A stretch of DNA of 64,000 nucleotides from Ginglymostoma cirratum (Eukaryota). Each line of letters starts with the position of its first letter. The stretch's first letter is position 1. This document shows, in pieces, positions 39,375 to 49,381 of this stretch. A program made the translations under genes and the position numbers. Where the stretch lies: assembly GCA_024137785.1 (NCBI GenBank), contig JAHRHZ010000099.1, positions 1,131,262 to 1,195,261 of the forward strand. The letters run 5' to 3'. A model generated the notes under the pieces. It worked only from the letters and a program-made list of their open reading frames with translations. It ran no database searches and was not told the origin of the DNA.

Positions 39375-40216
39375 TTAACTTTTCCACTGAGATAACAAGG
39401 TGTAGAGCTGGATGAACACAGCAGGTCAAGCAGCATCAGAGGAGCAGGAAGGCTGATGTTTCAGCCCTAGATCCTTCTTCAGAATTTTTTTTTTCTGAAG
39501 AAGGGTCTAGGCCCAAAATTTCAGCCTTCCTGCTCCTCTGATGCTGCTTGGCCTGCTGTGTTCATCCNNNNNNNNNNNNNNNNNNNNNNNNNNNNNNNNN
39601 NNNNNNNNNNNNNNNNNNNNNNNNNNNNNNNNNNNNNNNNNNNNNNNNNNNNNNNNNNNNNNNNNNNNNNNNNNNNNNNNNNNNNNNNNNNNNNNNNNNN
39701 NNNNNNNNNNNNNNNNNNNNNNNNNNNNNNNNNNNNNNNNNNNNNNNNNNNNNNNNNNNNNNNNNNNNNNNNNNNNNNNNNNNNNNNNNNNNNNNNNNNN
39801 NNNNNNNNNNNNNNNNNNNNNNNNNNNNNNNNNNNNNNNNNNNNNNNNNNNNNNNNNNNNNNNNNNNNNNNNNNNNNNNNNNNNNNNNNNNNNNNNNNNN
39901 NNNNNNNNNNNNNNNNNNNNNNNNNNNNNNNNNNNNNNNNNNNNNNNNNNNNNNNNNNNNNNNNNNNCTGAGATAACAAGGTGTAGAGCTGGATGAACAC
40001 AGCAGGTCAAGCAGCATCAGAGGAGCAGGAAGGCTGATGTTTCAGCCCTAGATCCTTCTTCAGAATTTTTTTTTTCTGAAGAAGGGTCTAGGCCCAAAAT
40101 TTCAGCCTTCCTGCTCCTCTGATGCTGCTTGGCCTGCTGTGTTCATCCAGCTCTACACCTTGTTATCTCAGATTGTCCAGCATCTGCAGTCCCTACTGTC
40201 TCTTAACTTTTCCACT
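39375..40216. mobile_element. Palindromic Penelope-derived insert spanning an assembly gap
   Basis: Head-to-head terminal repeats; TSD ttaacttttccact at 39375-88 and 40203-16. Confidence 0.75.
39568..39967. other. Assembly gap (400 N)
   Basis: Run of N. Confidence 1.
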
Positions 40217-41255
40217 ACTACCTTTGTTGTAATGGTCGTTAAAGAAATAGATCCTGGAAATCATCTTGTTATATCCATAATTGTAAGGAATGCTTTTGTT
40301 CTGGTAACTGTCCCAAACAATCTATTAACACCTAATTAAACAGTTTTTCCAAAGCTAGTATGCATATCAAAAGTGCACGTTTAATTATGTGTTGAGGCTT
40401 CCTGTTACCCGACATGCATGCTACATTTTACAGAACTACTCAACACCATTATGAAAAACACTTATTTATCTATGTTTGAGTTCTCTGTATTCCTATATTT
40501 CCTACAATAGAAATGTCATTTCTTACTCACAACATCTCTTTATGAAGTCTGGGCAGTTCCATTATTTGATAATTAAACCATCAATTTTTAATATGCAGGT
40601 CTGTGAGGATGCCTCCGCTACCTCATCAGAAATCTGTTTTTAACATAATGACACTCCAGATATTCTTCAGCTTCAGCTTAAGTGTGAGCTGTCTATGCAA
40701 ATGCATTTAACTCTGGATCTGCTTCCTGAGCCTCAATTAATAAAGTTTTGAATTATCTACATTATTACAGAGACTTTCTGCTCCCCTAACATCTGTTTAT
40801 GATATTACTATGATGTCTTTGTTGAAGGACTGGTAGACTTTGTTCAGCCATTCCTTTGGTCACTACACACAATGGAATATTACCCACATTCTGTTCATGC
40901 AGCTGTTCCAACCCAGTTAGCTTCACTTGGACTTTCCATAATTATAGGTGGAACTCTAACTTCTACTCCAGACAAATCATGCCCAGGAGTAAATCAATTC
41001 TGACCACAGACAATTTCTTAATTACTTTGACTACCTGTACATACTTCAATTGGACTTTGTACAGTGGAACTGGGATGCTCTTTCCAGCCATCCTATTTAC
41101 TAATGCTTAGGCTTTCATTGAACCCTCTAGAAGGAAAACTACACCCTTCACTGGCAAAACAAGTCTGAGTAGACCCTGCAGCCCTTTGTATAGTTTGGCT
41201 GTATCATTTGAAGAAAAAGGAGTTATCTTCCCTTCAAAAAAAAAATCCTTTTATG

Positions 41256-41554
41256 AGCATAGTGGTTAGCACTGCTGCCTCATAGCACCAGGAACGCAGG
41301 TTCAATTCCAGCCTTGGGCGACTGTCTGTGTAGAGTTTATACATTCTCCCCGTGCCTGCACGGGTTTCCTCCCACAGTCCAAAGATGTGCAGGTTAGGTG
41401 GATTGGCCATGCTAAATTGCCCATAATGTTCAGGGGTGTGTAAATTAGGTGGGTTATAAGGAGTGGGTCTTGGTGGGATTCTCTGAAGGTCGGTGTGGAC
41501 TTGTTGGGCTGAAGGACCTGTTTCCACACTGTAGGGATTCTACGAATTCTATGA
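41256..41554 (+). mobile_element. HE1-like SINE inserted in the LTR element
   Basis: agtggttagcactgctgcctca...ggttcaattcc...gggattctacgaattctatga. Confidence 0.85.
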
Positions 41555-44500
41555 GTGTCTAATCTACCCTTTGGACCTTTTCTGTACTCACAGCAGCTTT
41601 TACCTCCAGTTGTTTAGTCATCGCTACAGCTACAATTTGATCTGTGGTGTTCTCCTTTGAGTTCAGTTTTTTGACACATTAATAAATCCCATGCATTTCC
41701 ATTACAATCTCTAGCATTCTTAAAGACTGGGTCCCACTTTGTTACAATGAAAAAACCTCAATCTTTGCTTCTCAACTCCATCCTCAGTACTTACCTTTCT
41801 GATCTGAGGACAAGATCTTGGGACATTAAATTTTCATTCTGGCTACTTGCTTTCCTTTTATCCCCACACATTTGAACCCTTTTCAATTTATAAGGATGAT
41901 GGAAAGAAAGACAATTCTACGGATCAAAATTACTTTGCTTAACTCTTTCAAATGCAGGGTATGTTTTCCTAGGCTATTTTCATAAATTGTAAAACATTTG
42001 CCTGTTTGCCTCAAACAATAACTCAAATGCAACCAATGTAATTTTTTTAATAGCTTCATAATCCCTCTGATAGTGAAGCATATATTTCCTATTCTTTAAC
42101 TGACAACTTACTCTGCATGGGCAATGTTCATGTTTCCTTGGACCAATTCATTTGTCTTGCAATTTTCTCAAAGGGCATAAAGAATGCTTCCATATCTTTC
42201 AACTCAAATTGTGGTAGGATTTGTACAAATGTAAACATTTCCTTCCCGGACTTTAGGTAATGATTGGAGTCCTCCTATCAGAATCTGCACCAGCAGCTAA
42301 TGTTGCTTTTTGCATGCATTATTTCAAGCTGATATTCATGTTCTCGCTCTTCCTGTCTCCCTTTCTTCCGTTTCCCATTTCAATTCTTATTCTAGTTTTC
42401 TCATTACGATTTCCTGTCTCTTAATTCTATCTCCTTTTCTTAGTCATTTGTTTCCCATTGGAATTCCAGCTTTTTCATCTTCTCTTCATGCTCAAGCTCC
42501 TTCAACAATAACTGAACTTCACCTGATTCAGATTTTCACTGCCTGGAACACTCAGTCTCTCTAGCACTTCTATTAAATTCGTATGCCCATGCTAGTACTT
42601 TAGTTATATTTGCCTTCTTTTCTTCAGCAGACAAGGATGGCCCAATTTACATGCCAATTCAAAGAAACTGTTTTTTCGAAGTTCACGTAAGGCTGTCAGA
42701 CAACTGTGCACAACTCTGCCACCAGAAAGGAATATTTTACAATTTCCAATGCCATTTCTTATTTGTTGACAATGCATAGTGTTTTCTTCATCTTTATCAT
42801 TTACTCACACCACACCAAATTCATTGCCTCTCACCCGATCCTCTATTTCAAAATAATCCCAGGTGAGCCATCATATTGTTGGTATGATCCCTTGAGAAAG
42901 TGCACTGGTACTCAAACCTCACTACTTCCAGCGTCACCACACAAACAAAATCTTATGAAAGCACACAAAGTACCTAATTTACTTGTCTGTTCAAAGTTAA
43001 CAGAACACATTGGCCAGCTTCCTATACTTAACACAAACTGCAATTGTTGTAAATAAGTCCTTTTCAGTCATAAGGAATAAAAGCTTATGCACTAATTACA
43101 TATGACTATACTAGCTAAAACTCTAACCCCATTGTAAAGCACCAATATACTCATAGCAGACAGAAACAATTTTAAAAATGTTTTATGGATGAGAAACTGG
43201 GAACAACTGTTCAATAGTTTAACAGAGTTCAATGAGATGATCCCTGTGCTTGCAGGACTTTCTGTTCTTCAATCACCTTTCTCCAAGTTATTTTGACATC
43301 TTTGTAGATGGCATCGGGCAATTGGTGCTCCAACTACAAAGTCTTTTAATATACTAGTTAAAGCCAACTGTTGGGAGAAAAAAAAATTAGGTTTCTTCAG
43401 GCATCAGGTATTTTTACTGCAGAGATAGCGAGACTGCACTGATCCTTCCAGTAGTCTATGGCTTCTCACTGCATTGTTCACACACACAAGGTATTCAGCT
43501 ACCCAGGAACCAGAGAAGTGTCCACAGGCTGATGATCTTCAGCGCCTATGATGGGTCACAATTGCACTGCCAGCTAATTGCTGCCAGCCAAATCAAATTG
43601 TACACACGCATACACACACACACACAAATACAGGTTTCCTGCCATCTACAAACAGCTTCTACCTCTGCTTGAACAAAGCAGTAGTGTAAATACCATGCAC
43701 AATGCATTTCAGTAACTTGTTTTTAGAAACGCAGCAATTCCTTCCACATTCCTTTGGTTCAAAATAGTCCTTTTTTCTCTTATTTTAGTTCCCATTCAAA
43801 AATACAAGAAAGAAAATAACACGTGACATTCCTCCACTTTAGGCCTGGCCTGCTGTTCTTCTCCAGCCCCACACTGTGTTACCTCTGACTCCAGCATCTT
43901 ACTATCTTACTATCTCTGATGCCTCCACATTAAACTGCTGTACAAACGTACGTTGTTGCAATTGTAAACACTCTTTTCATGTTCACATATTTATCAGGTG
44001 GACTGCTGGTTCTGATCAATTTAAGTCTCTTGCGGTTAATTTCATTGCCATTATTTGACCTGTCTTACTTAAAATGAGACATGAGACATGTGGATCCTTG
44101 CTCGGTTTGCAGATATAAAATACAATGTGAAGACACTTCAAATATCCAGATGTATATAAGGGTAATAATTTAATCTTGTATTGTTGCATACTTTGCAGCG
44201 TTGAGGACAGAAAAACAAAACTGGTCATAAAGGAAACCATTCAATGGAAAGAAAACCTGTATTTCCATTCACGAAATGTTTCCCATTGATACAACAGAAT
44301 GTATCACTGTTAAAAATGATTGCTACTAGAGAACATAATGGTAATGTCTCTTTGCTAGCTCTATTTTCTTGCTACTTTTGAAGTATGGTATATCTTGAAA
44401 TTAATCTGTGCCAATATTAGCACCAATGTGATTACTATATTGACTTTAAACTAGATTACATGTCTGTATGAATAGAATTTCACATAAATAGGCACAGGCT

Positions 44501-45139
44501 CACAAAGCATAATTTCATCTACAAATAAATCTATGCTTTTAGCATCAAAATATAACAATTTCCATGACATCTCTGGCTCTAGCCCTTTACTGTGATGTTC
44601 CGAGTTTCTTGAGAGTTTGTTAGTTATTTAGTTTAGAATTATTTAGTAGAGGAAAGAAATATTTTACGCTGCTTCTCAATGATTACTTTGCAGCATTCAA
44701 AAATTTCAATTATTTGTTGTAAAGAAGGACCCTTATTAACTGTTCTTCATTCAAATTAAAGAATGCATATAGACAAATGAATCATTCACAACACGATGCA
44801 ATATGACTTTTTAATCTCTTGGATTTCAGTTTATTATAATTTTTTGAAAAGCCAGTCACAAAACTCCATTCGTCCATGCATAGTTGGTCATTGTCTTCAC
44901 TAACATACGCTAATAATTTATCAGTTTTGATAAGCCACAATAGTTGTTTAAATTAAATCTTCAACACAAGAATTCAAGTTGTAGATAACCCATTCTGCCA
45001 GAGCGTATGATGTTCTTGCGCAAGTCCATCCCCGTCTTTATGTCCTTCACATGTTACCCCTCGCTGTGAATATGCCATTGAGGTGTTCTTGTTTACAGCT
45101 CACTCCTGGTGTTTGATGATGTTTGAAAATGGATGCGTG

Positions 45140-45250
45140 GCGGCTGCTCCGGCCTCTTTCCCACGCGTTGCGGATTAGCAGAGGTCGAGTCTAACAGCTG
45201 CACCGTCAGCACAAAAGCCCCGCACTTAAGTGGACTTGAAAGGCACTGAC
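45140..45250. promoter_or_regulatory. Putative distal enhancer of the coding HES5-like gene
   Basis: TTTCCCACGCG 45157-67 (RBPJ site overlapping a class C CACGCG site), CAGCTG E-box, CAGCACAAA. Confidence 0.5.
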
Positions 45251-45594
45251 ACGCTCTGATATATATGATTAGAGGTTTGTAAAAGCCTCAGTGCTGCACT
45301 TGGCAAACATCTGGGAAATAACTGTTTTGTTTTATTCATTCATGGAATGTGGGCGTATCTGGCAACACCAAGACCAACCACTTATTGTCCACAGATAACT
45401 GCTCCTGGGAATGTGGTGGTGCCTTCTTGAACCGCTGCTGCCCATGTGGTAAAAGTAGGGATTGTCAATTAGGGATTTTAATCCAGGGATTTAATGGAAT
45501 GAGGATATATTTCCAAAACAGCATGACCTGGATAGTGACTTGGAGAAGCGAGTGTTCCCATGCAAGGATATAGAGCTGATGTTGTGGGGCGGGG

Positions 45595-45744
45595 TGCTTC
45601 TTAATGATGAAGGGTTTAGGCCCGAAACGTCAAGTTTTCCTGCTCCTATGATGCTGCTTGACCTGCTGTGTTCATCCAGCCCCATGCTTGTTATCTCGGA
45701 TTCTCCAGCATCTGCAGTACCTTTTTATCTCTGCTTCTTAATGA
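45595..45744 (+). mobile_element. 5'-truncated Penelope-derived insert within a SINE/LINE tail
   Basis: Terminal repeat with TSD tgcttcttaatga (45595-607 and 45732-744). Confidence 0.75.
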
Positions 45745-46969
45745 AGGTGCTTTGGCGAGTGGTTACAGTCCATCCCGTTGATGACATCCATGTTTAGGAG
45801 TTATTATTTAAGGAGACAGATATCATGCCATCAAGCCGGCTATTTTTTTAAACCTTGATGGTGATGACGCACCGAGTTTTTTTTATGGGAACAGACATAT
45901 GGCGCAAAAGAAAGCAGATCATCACGTCAGTGCGCATTGATATGAAGATATCCGGGCTATTAGTGTTTCCCAACTCTTTGGTGTGCAGCGCTGAGGGAGC
46001 AATATTTTAAATGCATATTCAAGTACTTTTTAAAAACTAAATGCGATGGGAGTTCTTGCCTCTACGACACTTTCAAACAACGAATTCCAGACCCCGCCAC
46101 TCACTGGGTTAAATTAGTTCTCCCAAACTCGGCTCCAACCTTTCTGCAACATTATTTCAAATCCATCCTTCTTGGTTTTTATCATCTCTCCTAATACCGA
46201 TATCGCATTTCTAGTTCTGAGGAAGTCTCTGATTTCTCTCCACAGATGCTGCCAGACCTGCTGAACTTTTCCAGCAATTTCTGTTCTTGTTTGTCATTTC
46301 TAGGCACTTTATCTAGATCCTTCATAAATTTATCCAACTTGTCTAAATTTCCACTTCCCCCGCTCTGTCCCAAAGCTAACGATCCCCACCTCTCCAATCC
46401 ATTCTCAAAGGTAAAAACTTCTCTGCTCCCGGCAATTTTGTTTGAAGCGCACTCTCCAGTAAAGTCACATTCTTCCCGCAGTGTGATGACCTGAACTGTA
46501 TGCAGTATTATTGTGCTTTAAGTGATATTTAAACAATTCTATCCTAATCTCCCAGTTCATTTACTCTAACGCACTGGATAATAAAATAAAGTATCATGTA
46601 AGTCTTCTGAACCATCTTATCGACCTTTCCTACGATCTTCAAGGATCTGTGGATATGCTCTGCAATGAACCCCGGTTCCTCCTGCTCATTGTGCGTTTCC
46701 CTTGCTTTGTGTTATCGCACACTTCTGTGGAATTGACACTTTTCTGCCCAGCTGACCAGTTCTGTTGTTTAACGTGACTCGGCTAAGGTAACGGTGACAA
46801 TAGCATGGTGTAGAACGTATATGCACGGGCAATATCTGATCATCATTACATTTCTTGGCTTTTTGAGAGCTCATAATTCATTCAGCGCTGTTGATTGAGG
46901 TACTGGTAAATTACACTTAAGAAATGGTCAAAATCAGCTGTTAATTCTGATGGAAAAAAATTCAACTGG

Positions 46970-47125
46970 AATTCACAGGCGAGGAGGATTTTAGGATTCA
47001 CATTTTCTTTCCTCAGGCGCCAGGTAATTGTTGCTGGAAGTTTCCCACGTGTCAGCTTGAGAGGTGACGGGTCAATAGTCCAGCGCAAAGCACAATACAC
47101 AAGCTTAACTTGGAAACAGCTGTCC
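46970..47125. promoter_or_regulatory. Putative proximal enhancer of the coding HES5-like gene
   Basis: TTTCCCACGTG 47041-51, GGTCAATAGTCCAGCG, ACAATA, CAGCTG. Confidence 0.5.
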
Positions 47126-48108
47126 CTGCTTGTGCTGCTGCCACTCAAATAGCTTCTCTGACTCGTTTAGCTCACGAGAGTGTCACCTGTTAAACATCTG
47201 GAAGACAAGTCATCAGACTGACACATCTGTTACTATTTCAGAAATACACGGCTTCACAGAGCGGAATTTCACCTTGTCGTTGATAATTAGAATATTATAA
47301 CAAGATAAAGAAAGAACGCCTTGCATTTATGTAGCGCCTAACACGACGTCCCAAAGCGCTTTACAATGGTTGAAGCGCTTCTGAAATGCTAATTTGTACA
47401 TAGGAAACTCCCACAAACAGTATTACGAAAATTAAACATTGATCTACTTTTAGATGCATTAATTTATAGGTAATTATTGGCCTGGATACCAGGAACAGGC
47501 TCTTCGCTTTTCTTTGAACTATTGCTTTGGGATTATTTTACAGGTGGGACCTGGCTTCACCCAACAGAAAACACCTCCAACAGTGCGGCACTCCGTCAGT
47601 ACCGCCTAAGAATTCCTGCGAGGGTTTTGTGCTCAAATCTTTGGAGTGGGACTTGAACATACTATCTTAAAGGACAGGATGCTGCTATCCAGTAGAAGGA
47701 TATAAAACACACTGTAATGAAAGGTACGAGAAACTGTCAAACTACCTCAGGAAATCATAATTCTGATATATTTATTTGGTGATTATATCGCCATAAGCCA
47801 ATAATTAAAATTCAGTACATTTCCCAGTTTATTTCACATCGGCAGTACATCTTTTATTACTCAGTTGGAGGAAATTAGACAAATGCATTTGAACTCTGTT
47901 TGCAGAATGCGTAATTCAGCCAGACCATCCCGCGGAGATGACCTTCCTTTGGTCATAAATTCGGTCTCACGATATTAATTCTGGTGCCATAGATGTTTGA
48001 ACGAAGGATAACCATTGAAATTAGCTTTAGAATGAGATAGATGCCAAAGTGGCATTTTGCAATGTAATATGATTCCGTGTCAAGGAACATGAAATCACCT
48101 TTCTCAGA

Positions 48109-48345
48109 TTCTCATAACTCGGAACGTGACTAATTGCCCCCGGGTTTGCTCTGTCACACGGACTGTCCAGATGGTCCTCAGAGATTCCCACGCAAAAGCA
48201 ATGTCAAAGCCCATCATTAGTTTGGCATTTACAAGGCAACGATGCGGCTATTGTCCTTCTGAAAGCGTTCGTTGGCCAGAGAGTGTGGGAAACCTCATGA
48301 AACACCGACTCACGCTTTTTTCATGTAAATGCAGAGGTATAAATA
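48109..48345 (+). promoter_or_regulatory. Notch-responsive promoter of the coding HES5-like gene
   Basis: TTCTCATA 48109; CAGATG E-box 48168; RBPJ site TTCCCACG 48185; paired site TGTGGGAA (48284-91) + 15 bp + GACTCACG (48307-14); TATAAATA 48338-45. Confidence 0.85.
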
Positions 48346-48414
48346 GAGGAGGATTCCCGCCTGCCGGATCTCATCAAGCGCAAGTCCCGCTTTAGTCTCT
48401 TTCAATTGTCAGGC

Positions 48415-48492
48415 ATGGCTCCGACCAGTACTGCCGACGTTATCAACCGGGAATTCTCGGAAGAAAAATTCACAGCCAAGCAGAAAAGCAAA
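48415..48492 (+). CDS. HES5: HES5-like gene exon 1, MAPTSTADVINREFSEEKFTAKQKSK
   Basis: ATG in aggcATGG context about 70 bp after TATAAATA; phase-0 donor gtgag at 48493; MAP- start typical of HES5. Confidence 0.9.
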
Positions 48493-48593
48493 GTGAGCAT
48501 AAAAGAATGCGGTGAATATAAACGTTGGCAACGAGGACTTTCAATGCTTACAGTCAGATATAAAATATCTTACTTAATCCGCTCTGTTTTCAG

Positions 48594-48771
48594 ATAATGA
48601 AGATCACAATAGAGAAAAGGCGCCGTGATCGGATAAACAGCAGCATCAACCAGCTGAAGGCTTTACTGGGAAGGGAATTTCAAACGGAGGAACCCAATAT
48701 GAAGCTGGAGAAAGCGGACATCCTGAAAATGACTGTGAATTACCTGAAGCACCACAGCCAACAGCTCAGAG
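48594..48771 (+). CDS. HES5: HES5-like gene exon 2, bHLH: IMKITIEKRRRDRINSSINQLKALLGREFQTEEPNMKLEKADILKMTVNYLKHHSQQLR
   Basis: ttttcag acceptor and gtaagg donor; EKxRRDRINSSI and KLEKADIL are HES5-type bHLH motifs. Confidence 0.95.
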
Positions 48772-48866
48772 GTAAGGCTCATGATCCCGAGCGTGGTTTG
48801 TTTTCCGCCCGTTCGGTTGGAACTAGTGTACGTGACACTGAGCCTGTGTTTTCCTCTATTTTGTAG

Positions 48867-49132
48867 CAAGCGGTCCGGCCAACACTCCGGAGCGTGACTA
48901 CAACGAAGGATACTCTCGATGTTTGCAAGAGGCTCTGCGCTTTTTCTCTGCCCAAGAAGACAAGACCGACATTCAGAAGAAGTTGGTGACCCGTTTCCAA
49001 AGAAGACAGCCACCGTGTCCGGCCAAGGCGACCGTGACTTATCCTGTATGTCTTCTGTCCTCTGCTCCCTGTCAGACCAGCGGCGAGCGGCCAGCTCAGT
49101 GTAGTCAGGCATCCCTGTGGAGACCCTGGTAA
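48867..49132 (+). CDS. HES5: HES5-like gene exon 3, Orange domain (DYNEGYSRCLQEALRFFS) and C-terminal WRPW
   Basis: ttgtag acceptor, phase 1 continuous with exon 2; ends LWRPW-TAA. Spliced CDS is 522 nt (173 aa). Confidence 0.95.
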
Positions 49133-49375
49133 AGCACCAAGAGTGTTGGATACTCTGCCCCGTTTGCAGTGGTGGTGAAGACGATGTAGGAGAATCATTC
49201 TCCAGTGTCAGCAGTAACTGTGGTAGAACCGGAACTGTAGTAAAGGTTGCTTCATATTGAAGAAAGCGTATTTCCCCAGGTTATGGGGCGCGTCATGTTA
49301 TAAAGGATGTCCTGATTTTGCGCTACCGATACGTTAGTCAGACTTCTCGTTTCGATAACTGTCATCAATGTAATT

Positions 49376-49381
49376 AATAAA
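49376..49381 (+). terminator. Probable polyadenylation signal of the HES5-like gene
   Basis: AATAAA about 245 nt after the stop, followed by a GT/T-rich tract near 49408-49425. Confidence 0.6.

Larger units (their letters stand above)
36700..43828 (-). mobile_element. Decayed Gypsy-group (Gmr1-like) LTR retrotransposon
   Basis: On the minus strand: putative LTR TG..CA 43828-42877, degenerate tRNA-Pro-like PBS 42873-42855, gag-like EDMEAFFMPFEKIARQMNW at about 42200, integrase motifs (STAYHQ, LERYHQILK, FEFIYGH, DPYKVV) at 39270-38790, RT motif VMPFGFANAP at about 37368-37340. Confidence 0.7.

Noticed and set aside
39507-40017. Long ORFs crossing N runs (also 59468-60060)
   Set aside because: Artefacts of translating Ns.
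39387-40148. Apparent tandem duplication of a 180-bp palindrome on both sides of the gap
   Set aside because: The flanks are identical and separated by a fixed 400-N spacer, so this is most likely an unmerged contig overlap.
48663-49198. Antisense ORFs of 139-149 aa over HES5
   Set aside because: Shadow frames of a GC-rich coding region with no recognisable motif.
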